NCBI GenBank assembly: GCA_000993115.1
Contig: LBVN01000001.1
Span: 19,924 to 83,923, forward strand
Source: Candidatus Woesebacteria bacterium GW2011_GWB1_38_8b
GTDB lineage: Bacteria > Patescibacteriota > Microgenomatia > UBA8517
Direction of reading: 5' to 3'
Length of the DNA: 64,000 nt
Shown here: one piece after another, positions 9,072 through 18,935 of the stretch
Numbering within the stretch: position 1 is the first letter of the stretch
Layout of the letters: each line of letters starts with the position of its first letter
Translations under genes and position numbers: made by a program
The notes under the pieces: generated by a model
The model's database searches: none
Told to the model about the DNA's origin: nothing
Seen by the model: only the letters and a program-made list of their open reading frames with translations

Positions 9072-9626
9072 TTACTTTAACGTAATATTTAAGGGTTCTG
9101 CAACAATCGTTTTTACGCTATTTTGCCCGGCGGACTTTGATAACTGAGTAAGGTTCACCTCAGTCGTCTCAACCGACTTATCTAAAATCTGGAATTTAAC
9201 CGTGGCCATTACGTCTCCATCTGCCCGCGCCGATTGAAGTTGTCTTCCAACAGAATATATTAGTATCCCCGGCTTTGTAGTGTCCTTCTGGAGCACCACA
9301 CTTTTTTCCCAAATGTTCCCCTCGGTTACATCAACTATCCTTAAAATGGCTGGGTCATAAGTTAGTTCAAGCGTATATCCTGCAGATTCAAAACTTTCAG
9401 AATCCTGTATTTTAAGTGAAACTTCCAGTTGATCTGAAATAGGGGTTTCCGCAGAAAACTCGACGAACATTTGTTCAGGCACAGCAGTCGGTGTTTGCGA
9501 TACAGATGTTACCGGTGGTATAACAACCGGTTCATTTTTGCCTTTATTCATTCTATAAAATACAACTATTCCGATTACAAAAACATAAACTACGGCTAAA
9601 ACTATCCAAATATTTAATTTTTTCAT
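9072..9626 (-). CDS. Cohesin-domain protein with an N-terminal TM anchor
   Basis: MKKLNIWIVLAVVYVFVIGIVVF anchor, then a cohesin-like segment ...VSLKIQDSESFESAGYTLELTYDPAILRIVDVTEGNI...DVMATVKFQIL... Confidence 0.6.
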   Translation of the reverse strand: MKKLNIWIVLAVVYVFVIGIVVFYRMNKGKNEPVVIPPVTSVSQTPTAVPEQMFVEFSAETPISDQLEVSLKIQDSESFESAGYTLELTYDPAILRIVDVTEGNIWEKSVVLQKDTTKPGILIYSVGRQLQSARADGDVMATVKFQILDKSVETTEVNLTQLSKSAGQNSVKTIVAEPLNITLK

Positions 9627-9673
9627 AATATATTTTATGCTACTAATCTAAAGTGTTCTATGTCCAAAATCGT

Positions 9674-9724
9674 AGTTCAACTCCGGTGCCCAAAGTTGGA
9701 GTTCAACTCCGGTGCCCAAAGTTG
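9674..9724. repeat. Tandem direct duplication (two 25-nt copies, 26-nt period) of the 3' terminal codons of gene 9703..10698, extending into its 3' flank
   Basis: agttcaactccggtgcccaaagttg occurs twice (about 9674..9698 and 9700..9724). Copy B encodes the last codons (FGHRS, stop at 9703..9705). Confidence 0.7.
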
Positions 9725-10698
9725 TAGAAAAGAACACTGTAATCCAGTATATCAACAGCCCCGGCGCTATCATGGTTTAGATTGGCTCTCGGATCGTAAC
9801 CCACCTGACCGGGTAATTTTCCAAAACTGGCAAATAAAATACTGTAATCAAGGATATCTACATTTCCGTCGCAGTTTGCATCTCCCGACCAACAATTAGG
9901 TGTTGGTGTTAAAGTATTTGTAATAGTGACAGGGGGGACAGTCCCTGTTGGCGTCATTGTGGGAGTGGGAGTGGGAGTTGGTGTTCGAGTCGGTGTAGGT
10001 GTGAATGTCGCTGTAGGTGTCGGTGTACGAGTCGGTGATGGTGTTGCCGTTGGCGTGGCTGTCGGAGTGTTTGTTACAACAGGATTAAGCGTAAAAGTCG
10101 AACCGGTTGAAGCAATAATCTGAGCCTCAGCTGTCATATTTACTATCTGAGAATCACTAACAGTAAAAGCAAGTTGAGAACTCACATTTGTTTGAGTAGT
10201 TGAGGATCGCACAGAAAAATTTGCAATCTCGAAAGTTCCTGTCGGGGGATTTGCCCTATCAAGCTCATCCAAACCAAGTGCAATTACAACTCTTCCTGTT
10301 GAATTCGCTTCCGCCATTGTCGTTTTAACGATCCAGGGGTCAGTTGCAGGCTCACGATTCTGTCTTAACCTCGTAGTTGTAGTTACTTCACTTGCCAAAT
10401 TAATTTGTGCAGGATTAAATGTCAATACAACTCTTGTAAAACCAATTAGCTGAGTTCCTGCACTTAAATTAACCCGAACCGTTGCATTCGGAGGTAGAGT
10501 CGCACTTGCCGGGGTTGTACTTAAAGTAACTGTCGTCACCGCTGCTTTGGGAACATATTGAACCGCTTTCCTTACAATAAATATAGCGGCGGGAAGTCCG
10601 ATTAATATTACAAGAAGGAGTGCCAATCTGGCCATAGTACCTTTCGGTAAATAGGACGATATTTTATGGGTAAATTTCATACCTAACTTAAAAAACAA
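9703..10698 (-). CDS. Adaptor scaffoldin-like protein: N-terminal anchor, cohesin-like domain(s), TP linker, and a C-terminal divergent Cys-flanked dockerin
   Basis: Cohesin-like VTLSTTPASATLPPNATVRVNLSA...VLTFNPAQINLAS...GRVVIALGL. Linker TPTATPTATPSPTRTPTPTA... Dockerin CWSGDANCDGNVDILDYSILFASFGK...NHDSAGAVDILDYSVLFYNFG. Confidence 0.6.
   Translation of the reverse strand: MFFKLGMKFTHKISSYLPKGTMARLALLLVILIGLPAAIFIVRKAVQYVPKAAVTTVTLSTTPASATLPPNATVRVNLSAGTQLIGFTRVVLTFNPAQINLASEVTTTTRLRQNREPATDPWIVKTTMAEANSTGRVVIALGLDELDRANPPTGTFEIANFSVRSSTTQTNVSSQLAFTVSDSQIVNMTAEAQIIASTGSTFTLNPVVTNTPTATPTATPSPTRTPTPTATFTPTPTRTPTPTPTPTMTPTGTVPPVTITNTLTPTPNCWSGDANCDGNVDILDYSILFASFGKLPGQVGYDPRANLNHDSAGAVDILDYSVLFYNFGHRS
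9935..10085. repeat. Low-complexity tandem repeat DNA encoding a Thr/Pro linker
   Basis: gtgggagtgggagttggtgttcgagtcggtgtaggtgt... The antisense ORF 9926..10123 (VGVGVGV) is an artefact. Confidence 0.7.
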
Positions 10699-10746
10699 TC
10701 TATTGACTAAATATGGCAGAATAATTCAAACGCGTCAAGCGTATTT

Positions 10747-12102
10747 TCAGTGATAATTTGACATCCAAATTACATAATCGGCTCCATCAACTCGTCCCGA
10801 ACTATTAAAGTCTCCAACAACGCGTCCTTGTGATGTTGTTTGGTTAAAATGATTAAGCCAGATAATATAGTCGACACCATCAACTCTCCCGTCACCATTT
10901 GCATCCCCCTGAACCAAAACTGTAGTTGGAGTTGGTGTTGGCGTACGAGTCGCTGTTGGAGTGGGTGTATTTGTTACGGCAGGTGTAGGGGTTGGAGTCG
11001 ATTGAGTTGAACCAGGCACCCAACCAGCAAGTTGGGCCATTAAAACCCAATAAGCTTTTGCTATTCTTACGTTTGCAGCACCCATACTGAAGTGGCCATT
11101 TTCGGTTTCTACTGTGTAATGTTGACAAATTGCCGGCTGGTTAATTCTATCATCAGGCCAATTTTCACAAACTGAGGTATTTTGACAATATAACACCCCG
11201 TCCCGGTTATCGTAACATTCCCTACCATCGGGCAGTGTGGCTTCGACATCCGCAAAATCAAGAAGTATTCTATAACGACCATTAGAATCCCGTCCGGAAT
11301 TGATAAATTGACGCATTTGATTATTAAAATTTGTTGAAACTTGTGTACCAATACTTCTTGCTAGACTCGTTGTCTGAAAGACAAAATATTTATTGCTATG
11401 TGCGACCAAACGTCTATCAAGATCGTAGACATCAGCTTTGTCACTGGAGTTATTATAAAAAAAACCACAACGTGGTTGATTACTCCCCCCGCAACTTGTT
11501 AAATTAGCTATAGAATCTCCATCCATCACATTCAAGTAGCTAAACTGGTAAGTATAAACATCAAAATCGTTTAAACTTCTCCCACCCTGAACCTGATTAT
11601 TATCAAGAAAAGTTATGTAATCGTTTGTCATTGTATACCACGTTGAAGCAAACCCTTCATGAATCCAGTTTGCACGATTGTAGCCACCAGTCCTACTCCA
11701 ATAAATATACTCAGGACTAAGATTATAACTTGGGTCGTTATGTACTAATTTTGTACACGTAAAGCTTGCTTGCGAACTTGATGGTGCTTCAAAGCAAGTT
11801 AACGCATCATTAGTAGTTACCCCTACGGAACGATTTCCAAATATTAACCTAATCTTTTCAGCCCTACAGAAATAACTTATTACACCAGTACTATCGTCTA
11901 TACAGTCACCATTTGAATCAGTAGTTGTAAAATCGGGGATTTGTTCGAAAAGAGCAATAGAATTTCTGTTAACAATTATTGGGGACTGCTGCAAGCGAAC
12001 GGATAAATTGGGATCTACCTGCGCATACACATTGCTCCTGCCAATCGAAAGTAATAAAAATGAAAAACAGACGGCAATAACCCTCTTGATAACTTTATAC
12101 AT
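10747..12102 (-). CDS. Secreted dockerin-bearing protein, unknown Cys-rich catalytic domain (family A, paralogue of 14580..15908)
   Basis: Signal peptide ending VYAQV. Conserved block CYDNRDGVLYC...PDD..NQPAICQHYTVE.ENGH..MGAANVRIAKAYWVLMAQLAGWVPG. C-terminal dockerin QGDANGDGRVDGVDYIIWLNHFNQ...GDFNSSGRVDGADYVIWMSNY. Confidence 0.6.
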   Translation of the reverse strand: MYKVIKRVIAVCFSFLLLSIGRSNVYAQVDPNLSVRLQQSPIIVNRNSIALFEQIPDFTTTDSNGDCIDDSTGVISYFCRAEKIRLIFGNRSVGVTTNDALTCFEAPSSSQASFTCTKLVHNDPSYNLSPEYIYWSRTGGYNRANWIHEGFASTWYTMTNDYITFLDNNQVQGGRSLNDFDVYTYQFSYLNVMDGDSIANLTSCGGSNQPRCGFFYNNSSDKADVYDLDRRLVAHSNKYFVFQTTSLARSIGTQVSTNFNNQMRQFINSGRDSNGRYRILLDFADVEATLPDGRECYDNRDGVLYCQNTSVCENWPDDRINQPAICQHYTVETENGHFSMGAANVRIAKAYWVLMAQLAGWVPGSTQSTPTPTPAVTNTPTPTATRTPTPTPTTVLVQGDANGDGRVDGVDYIIWLNHFNQTTSQGRVVGDFNSSGRVDGADYVIWMSNYH

Positions 12103-12164
12103 CTATAGATTTTCAATCATCCGGCAGTAATTTGCAACTACTTCGACCGGACAGTATCTCTTAA

Positions 12165-14513
12165 TCAAATACCATAATTATTTAACCAAATTATATAGTC
12201 TGCCCCGTCAACTTTTCCGGAATTATTAAAATCTCCGTTACTATAACCACTGGCATTTTGATCGTAATGATTTAGCCAGATAACATAATCCGCTCCATCT
12301 ACTTTTCCGTCACTATTTGCATCCCCCGGAATGACGGTCGGTGTTGGAGTGAGGGTTGTCTCTGTTGGTGTGGTGTTTAATAAAATTATTGCATCATTTG
12401 GTTGAAGAGTAACTTGATTCACAACACCTCCATCGTTATACCTTGCAATGCTTACAACTTTGAAAGCATCTCCTATGACCACGCCTGTACCCAAAGGCTT
12501 GATAACAACAGTCGACGTCTGATTAAAGTTAAATTTTCCCAAACTGTGCCAGCCAAGAGAACCCAAGGACTGATCAAGGTTGACATCAACTCCATTAATA
12601 CTAACAGTGACATTCTTGCTATAGGTAGTTAATGGTGCCACCCATGCCAAAACATCGTACTCTCCCGCATACGGAATTGTAAAATTGTACGTAAGGCTTG
12701 CATTTGCATTTGGAGCGTTTATTGAATGAATCTTTAATCCCCATTGGTCAAAACTTGCGGCAAGTATAGACCATGAACCGACAGCTATTGCCTGATCGTC
12801 ATCAATTCTTTGAAAATAAAGTGGGGCTTGAGAACCGTTAAGTTTCCGATAAGTTTTATCAAGTGTCACGGTTTGCTGCAGAGGCCCCTCGTTTAGAAGT
12901 ATTGTCCCGTTTTTAAAATGTCTTTGCCATACTCCTCCGACACCCTCCTGAAAGACAATATCGTCAAAGTAAATATCACCGGCAGCTATTCCTAAATCAA
13001 AAAGTAACGTACCATTTGTCCCTGTCCCTATAGCCTTCATTACGTAATAGTACTGCGTCCAATCAGTAAAAAAACGTATGTTATATGCAGCTTGCGCTAA
13101 ATATTCCCATGCACCTCCTGCTCTTTGGATTCTTACCCCGTTATAACGCGAGGTGTTGGCTTTAGCTTTAAAACTTAACGTATAATACTTTCCCGCCTCA
13201 ACTGAAACATAATTTTCTCTGAAAGTCACCCACCCACTTGATGCTCCTCCTATTTGAATGTGAGCAGAGCCGTTTTCTATATTATAGGTTGCTACAACAG
13301 TACTCCCGCTCGTACTTACAAACCAGGGACTAGTACCTGAAGAAAAGTTCCCGTTTACCACCTGATCGGGAGCAGTAATTTGGGAAATTAGCATCGGTGA
13401 GTCGATAGACTGTCCCAAGTATCCCAGCGACGAAACCTGACCTCGGGTACCGTATTCGTCATACCACCAGTTGGATCCCCACATATAGGGACCAAGATCA
13501 TAATGATACATTCCTCCCGCCATCATGGTTGAAACCAACCCAAAGCGCATCCGGTTATAATCAGTGCCATATTCAACCATCATTTCAGGTTTTATTGCCG
13601 TCCAGATATTTTGGAAATTATATTTGCTTCTCATTGTGACGCTGTCGGGAGTGTTTAACACACTAGTAGTGTTGGGAGAAATTGTGTTTTTTGATGTCCA
13701 TACGGAGAAATTATGGATTATTTCGGACCAAGGTCTACCGTAATCATTATCCAAATATCTTTTTATATCCATTTCAAATAATCGACCATTAATCCACTGG
13801 CTGAAATAAGGTGGAGAACCATTACAAAAAATAATCATGCCTGGGAAAGCAGCTCGGAGTCTTTGAAAAATATCAATTACACCTGAGGCATGATCGGCGT
13901 TTACAGTTGCTATATCATCGGGCACGCCATCAACATTCGCGTCAATATCATTGCCTAGTGTAATTGAAACTCCCGAATCATCAACCAAGTCAACTGTTAT
14001 GCCATCAAAATGACCGCCACTTAAATTCCAACGATTTATAAGATAATTTACTATAGTATCTCTACAATAAGTGTTACCCAAATTGGCATAGGCAGCATTA
14101 TATGTGACATCGCGTAAAATTGTCCCTACGGAATTTCGCAATATGCAAGCATAGTCTGGCGAACCAGGAGAAGCATTCCACCACTGAGGTTGGTTATCTA
14201 GACCTCTTCCCGGATCACTGGCAGTAATAATTGTAGCCGTAACTAAAACTTTCGTATTTGGATTTAGCGCATGAACAGCATCAGCCCGATCCTTAGATGA
14301 TTGGCTTGTGCCTGCCGAAGCCATTGACCAAAGATTAAAACCTGCAAAATAATCAGCATTGGTATTCGTATTGTATCCGCCCCACCAATTTAATATACGT
14401 GGATAACCTGAATCAGCATAAACATTTTTAGCAAAGCCTAATAAGGCAACCAAACTGCAAACAAATACAAAGCACATCTTGGTTAGACTTGTTATCACAA
14501 CCTCATTATACAA
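12165..14513 (-). CDS. Secreted glycoside-hydrolase-like TIM-barrel protein with a CBM4/9-like module and a C-terminal dockerin (family B, paralogue of 34445..36694)
   Basis: Signal peptide. N-terminal GHL/GH114-like region (HFDGITVDLV...). Middle module QVVNGNFSSGTSPWF...GWVTFRENYV..GKYYTLSFKAKA, typical of the CBM4/9/22 fold. Dockerin IPGDANSDGKVDGADYVIWLNHYDQN...NGDFNNSGKVDGADYIIWLNNY. Confidence 0.55.
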   Translation of the reverse strand: MYNEVVITSLTKMCFVFVCSLVALLGFAKNVYADSGYPRILNWWGGYNTNTNADYFAGFNLWSMASAGTSQSSKDRADAVHALNPNTKVLVTATIITASDPGRGLDNQPQWWNASPGSPDYACILRNSVGTILRDVTYNAAYANLGNTYCRDTIVNYLINRWNLSGGHFDGITVDLVDDSGVSITLGNDIDANVDGVPDDIATVNADHASGVIDIFQRLRAAFPGMIIFCNGSPPYFSQWINGRLFEMDIKRYLDNDYGRPWSEIIHNFSVWTSKNTISPNTTSVLNTPDSVTMRSKYNFQNIWTAIKPEMMVEYGTDYNRMRFGLVSTMMAGGMYHYDLGPYMWGSNWWYDEYGTRGQVSSLGYLGQSIDSPMLISQITAPDQVVNGNFSSGTSPWFVSTSGSTVVATYNIENGSAHIQIGGASSGWVTFRENYVSVEAGKYYTLSFKAKANTSRYNGVRIQRAGGAWEYLAQAAYNIRFFTDWTQYYYVMKAIGTGTNGTLLFDLGIAAGDIYFDDIVFQEGVGGVWQRHFKNGTILLNEGPLQQTVTLDKTYRKLNGSQAPLYFQRIDDDQAIAVGSWSILAASFDQWGLKIHSINAPNANASLTYNFTIPYAGEYDVLAWVAPLTTYSKNVTVSINGVDVNLDQSLGSLGWHSLGKFNFNQTSTVVIKPLGTGVVIGDAFKVVSIARYNDGGVVNQVTLQPNDAIILLNTTPTETTLTPTPTVIPGDANSDGKVDGADYVIWLNHYDQNASGYSNGDFNNSGKVDGADYIIWLNNYGI

Positions 14514-14579
14514 TTCTTTTAAATGTCCAAATATGAAGTATATTATCGGTTTAAAACTTTGGTAGCGGTACTAATGAAG

Positions 14580-15908
14580 CTATGAACTATAATTGTTAAC
14601 CCAAATAACATAATCCAAGCCATTAACCACACCATCAGAATTAAAATCTCCGTCCAACCTGCCCCAGGAGGTGTTTTGGTTAAAGTGAGAAAGCCAAATT
14701 ACGTAATCAACTCCATCCACCCGACCGTCACTATTTGCGTCAGCCTGATTGTATGACGGAATCGGAGTGAATGTTGGAGTTGGAGTTCTTGTTGACGTTA
14801 CCGTCTGAGTTGGTGTCGCGGTTATTTGTTGCTGTCCTGGGACCCAACCCGCAATCTGAGCAAGTAAAATCCAGTATGCTTTCGCCGATCTTATTAAACC
14901 GCCGCCCAATGTAAGGTGTCCGTTGTCTTGTTCAACAGTATAATTTTGGCAAATAGCCGGGTAATTTTGCCCATCATCAGGATAATTTTCTTGAAAGGTA
15001 GTCATGGGTGTGCAAGCCACACCTTCTTGTTTACGAACATAAGCCACCCCATCTCGGTTATCATAACAACTCACACCGCCTGGTGTATGAGAAATTATAT
15101 CTGCAAAATCAAACAGTATTTTATGATTAGAACTGGCAAAGCTTCGCATCTGATTATTAAACACCTCTCCATCTTCAGCACCGATACTTCTCGCATAACT
15201 TGTAGTCCAATAAATAAAAGCTTTATTTATGTACTGACTTTCAAGCTCAGTAATTCGGCCAATATGCCAGGGTTCATAGCTGTCATGACAGCCTGCCCTG
15301 TTTTGGGTCACCATAAAACCACATAGCGGATTGGCAATATTTGGTTGTTCATTGGTATTTCCTCCAATGTTAAGGTAGCTAAATTGATAGGTAACAATGT
15401 CATAACTGGCGATATTTTGGGGAAATAATGTACTTATAAAATTATCAGTTAAACTGTACCAGGACCCCTCCCGAAAAAGATATACAATATTACTGCGGTT
15501 ATATTTCGCAGGGTCCGGTGTAAATCTAATATCCTGCGGCACCACTCCATTATTCAAGTCTATCTGGTTATACATTCTACTGCACCATTGATTTGTATCA
15601 AAATAAGTTTTACGGCAGGAATTTGGTGACATTGCCCAACTTGTTGCTGTTAAACAGTCAAGTGACTCATTTATATTTTGACCAACGGAGCGGTCAGAGA
15701 AAAACACTCTGATATTTCTGGCGCGCTGCAAATAGTTTTCAGGGATTTGGTCAAATAAACCCAGTGAATTGTGATCGACTACGATTGGATTTGTCTGAAG
15801 GCGAGTTCTCAAGTTCGGGTCAACTTGAGCCTTCGTAATACTTGCAGATAATGAGAAAAAACACACCGCTAAAATTGATAAAAACAATAACTTGAACTCT
15901 TTTTTCAT
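14580..15908 (-). CDS. Secreted dockerin-bearing protein, unknown Cys-rich domain (family A paralogue)
   Basis: Shares blocks with 10747..12102 (AQVDPNL..RLQ, CYDNRDGVAY, YPDDGQNYPAICQNYTVEQDNGH, RSAKAYWILLAQIAGWVPG). Dockerin at the C-terminus. Confidence 0.6.
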   Translation of the reverse strand: MKKEFKLLFLSILAVCFFSLSASITKAQVDPNLRTRLQTNPIVVDHNSLGLFDQIPENYLQRARNIRVFFSDRSVGQNINESLDCLTATSWAMSPNSCRKTYFDTNQWCSRMYNQIDLNNGVVPQDIRFTPDPAKYNRSNIVYLFREGSWYSLTDNFISTLFPQNIASYDIVTYQFSYLNIGGNTNEQPNIANPLCGFMVTQNRAGCHDSYEPWHIGRITELESQYINKAFIYWTTSYARSIGAEDGEVFNNQMRSFASSNHKILFDFADIISHTPGGVSCYDNRDGVAYVRKQEGVACTPMTTFQENYPDDGQNYPAICQNYTVEQDNGHLTLGGGLIRSAKAYWILLAQIAGWVPGQQQITATPTQTVTSTRTPTPTFTPIPSYNQADANSDGRVDGVDYVIWLSHFNQNTSWGRLDGDFNSDGVVNGLDYVIWVNNYSS

Positions 15909-15930
15909 CTAATGGTTTTGAATAGGTTAA

Positions 15931-18924
15931 TTAATTGTAATTTGTAAGCCAAATCACGTAATCTGCTCCGTTTACAACTCCATCGTTATTAAAGTCGCCA
16001 CTGCTTGCTCCGCTAACATTCTGGCTAAAATGACTAAGCCATATTACATAATCTGCTCCGTCCACACGTCGGTCACCATTTGCATCCCCGGGAATATCTA
16101 CTGGTGTAGGAGTTTGTGTTACCGTAGGAGTTGGGTCGCCGTTTGACGGTGCTTCAATTGCAGCCACCAAATTTTGGATATAAAACAAATCTCCCCTCTC
16201 GAAAGCAGGAACATCCAGATACTTGATTAATTCTTCCCTGGGTTCATTTAATATGTAAGCTTTAGCCAAGAAAAGGGCATGATAATTGTAAAGGGTTTGT
16301 GTGCCCGACTCGCCCATGTCATTTTCAAAACGGTTCACAAACCAGTATTGATTTAAATATTGGTATTCAGCCAAGGCTGTATTAACCTTAGCGGTAGCAT
16401 TAGCGGCTAAATAATCACCCAACTCGGGCGTAAGCCATATAAAATTTCTCGCTGTATCGTATTTATGGCGGATAGAATCGGTGGGAAAAGAAAACGACTC
16501 CTTGGAAAAAGCCGACGCACGCCAGGTTAGAAGCCTGTTTAATTCATTAGTGACATTAGTCCGCAACGTTCCATCAGTTGAAACCATTCCGGCCAGAGTC
16601 TGCAACTGTAAAAAGCCGTTATAGCCGGCGATCTGGCTATTAATGTCATAAGGCGCGTTGGTCATAAAATAACTATCGCTAGTGGCCGGTACTTTTACTT
16701 TTGATTTAGCCAAATCATAAATTTGCCTGGTGGTTGGGCGGGCAGATTCGGGAATATTGGCCGCATATTTCCATAAGGCATAAAGATTATGCTGGGGATA
16801 ATTCCAGGCATGACCATTGGAATAGAGTTGTTTGGGGTGGTTTTGGTAATCGCCAACTACCTCAGGCGGTCTTACCGCAGGATGTCTTTCTTCGCCCTCG
16901 GACCACCCTTGTTGGGAGTAAGCAATCGGTGAAAAATATTCTGGCCACACTAAATCCCGTAAGTATGTAGCCACACTAGTTTTATTAGTTTGATTAAGAT
17001 GAGGATAGGCAAGAGTTAGCGCCATTAATGTGTCGCCGGGATTGATAAAATATGTGGGCAACATCCCATAAGTAGCTATATTACCTTGGCCCTGATTATA
17101 GTAACCGGGTTTGAGTAAACCAGCTGACACGATTTTTTGGATTTCATTGTCTAAAATGGAATTTAGGTTGGGAGTAGATACGGAGGTTTGGCTAGATTGG
17201 ACTGGCAAATAGTTTTTTTTACCCTGCGAAGTTCCCGTGCCTAAAGCGATGATTGCATTAGACCTGTGGATAAACAACCTGCCGTTATGTGGGATGAACG
17301 GATTTTGAACACCGTGGCTATTGAAAACACCGTTGGAGGTTTTAATACCATCATCAGATGTGCTGTACCAATCGCGAGCGCCTACATAGGTTCCTTGGTG
17401 GCGGGAAATGGCTCCATCCCAGATATACCACATTTCATCATAACCGGGAGCCAGACGGGAAATGGCAGTGCCTGATGTAAGATATGGCCAGTATTCTATG
17501 CCCGCTGCTGTCCGGCTAGTACCATATGAAGCGGCTACCCTATCACAGCACAAACTGGTATAAATTCTGTTTCCTCCCATGGAGAGGGAAAGGGGTTCAT
17601 CCCGGGCATAGTTACGGCTGCCGGCCATAGAAATTTTATTAGGGGAATCCAAATTCCAGCCGGCGATAATGCCTCGGATGGTAAAAGTTCCGATACCTTG
17701 GGGCACAGTATAAGAAGTTGTGATGTATAAAATGTTGTTACTGCCAACGGCTGGCGGGTACATTGGGCCGGATTCTACCCCCCACCAAATTACCGGAATA
17801 GATTCGCTCAGACCGTCATTATCGGAATCAAAAGTAAATTCCTGACCGTTTGATTGATTAATTACAAAATATTTCTTCCGCCAGGGTTTATGATTCGGGC
17901 GTAAAAGGCCAGCCGTGTCACCGATCTGTTCCTGGGCGTTTGGAGTTTCCAAATACTCGCGAATAACGGTTGGCTCGTAAACATCATATCCTCCTGACCA
18001 GGATTCGGGGCCAAGATTTACTCCTAAAACATTATCGGGTGCCACCTGATTAAAATCGTAAATTTCGGCGTGGATAAATTGAGTTTTGTTTTCCTGCATG
18101 TTCATTGACATAGTTCCGGGGTCATAACCATCGCGGTAAGGAGCAGAAAGGCCAAAAATAACTTTATCCCGCCAGACCACCGGCCAATAGGCACCAAAAG
18201 GCTCACCGATTTGGATACCTGTATTCCAAACAACGGCACCAGTACCGGCTCTGAGGGCATAAAAACGGTTATTCATGGCCGATGCATATACAATACCGTC
18301 TTTATACGCAGCTGATGTCTGGAATGAACTTTGATTTTGTGCCACGTACCTCCACACAACATTACCCTGACTTGGGTGACCCTGACCGCCTATGGCATAA
18401 AAATTTCCATCGCGGTTGCCGATCAAAACCAAAGTTTGATTATTAGTATAACTGTCTTTAATAACCAAAGGGTTGGCACTAAAGCCGGCGCCAGCTTCGT
18501 AGGACCAATATAACTGGCCGGTAGCTGCATTTAAGGCATAGAGTTTGTGATCGAAACCGCCGACATAGACGACATTTTCAAAAATAGTTGGGGAATGTCC
18601 GAGGGGCAACTGGGTATCAAAACGCCAGACAGTGTCGCCGTTAGTAGCATTAAGAGCATATAAACCCTTTCCCGTTGATACGTATATCATATTATTAAAC
18701 GCCACCAACTGGACGTGCTGAGGGATGTAAGCTTCAATAGGTCTATACCATTCAACGTTCAAACTACCGGAAACTTCCTGGCTGACCCAGCTTGTTCTTG
18801 CTGGGTTTGCTCCTGCCATTGACCAATCCGAAGATGTCTGTGCATAAATCACACTAACCTTTCCACTAAAAAACAGAATTAAAAATAAAAATACGGAGAA
18901 TATTCTTCTAACTTTTTTAAACAT
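15931..18924 (-). CDS. Secreted PQQ-repeat beta-propeller protein with a large unknown C-terminal domain and a dockerin (family C, copy 1 of 3 tandem paralogues)
   Basis: Signal peptide VIYAQT. Repeated PQQ-type motifs (YALNATNGDTVWRF, YALNAATGQLYWSY). Conserved distal block YLNQYWFVNRFENDMGES. Dockerin GDANGDRRVDGADYVIWLSHF...GDFNNDGVVNGADYVIWLTNY. Confidence 0.6.
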   Translation of the reverse strand: MFKKVRRIFSVFLFLILFFSGKVSVIYAQTSSDWSMAGANPARTSWVSQEVSGSLNVEWYRPIEAYIPQHVQLVAFNNMIYVSTGKGLYALNATNGDTVWRFDTQLPLGHSPTIFENVVYVGGFDHKLYALNAATGQLYWSYEAGAGFSANPLVIKDSYTNNQTLVLIGNRDGNFYAIGGQGHPSQGNVVWRYVAQNQSSFQTSAAYKDGIVYASAMNNRFYALRAGTGAVVWNTGIQIGEPFGAYWPVVWRDKVIFGLSAPYRDGYDPGTMSMNMQENKTQFIHAEIYDFNQVAPDNVLGVNLGPESWSGGYDVYEPTVIREYLETPNAQEQIGDTAGLLRPNHKPWRKKYFVINQSNGQEFTFDSDNDGLSESIPVIWWGVESGPMYPPAVGSNNILYITTSYTVPQGIGTFTIRGIIAGWNLDSPNKISMAGSRNYARDEPLSLSMGGNRIYTSLCCDRVAASYGTSRTAAGIEYWPYLTSGTAISRLAPGYDEMWYIWDGAISRHQGTYVGARDWYSTSDDGIKTSNGVFNSHGVQNPFIPHNGRLFIHRSNAIIALGTGTSQGKKNYLPVQSSQTSVSTPNLNSILDNEIQKIVSAGLLKPGYYNQGQGNIATYGMLPTYFINPGDTLMALTLAYPHLNQTNKTSVATYLRDLVWPEYFSPIAYSQQGWSEGEERHPAVRPPEVVGDYQNHPKQLYSNGHAWNYPQHNLYALWKYAANIPESARPTTRQIYDLAKSKVKVPATSDSYFMTNAPYDINSQIAGYNGFLQLQTLAGMVSTDGTLRTNVTNELNRLLTWRASAFSKESFSFPTDSIRHKYDTARNFIWLTPELGDYLAANATAKVNTALAEYQYLNQYWFVNRFENDMGESGTQTLYNYHALFLAKAYILNEPREELIKYLDVPAFERGDLFYIQNLVAAIEAPSNGDPTPTVTQTPTPVDIPGDANGDRRVDGADYVIWLSHFSQNVSGASSGDFNNDGVVNGADYVIWLTNYN

Positions 18925-18935
18925 TAATAATTATA

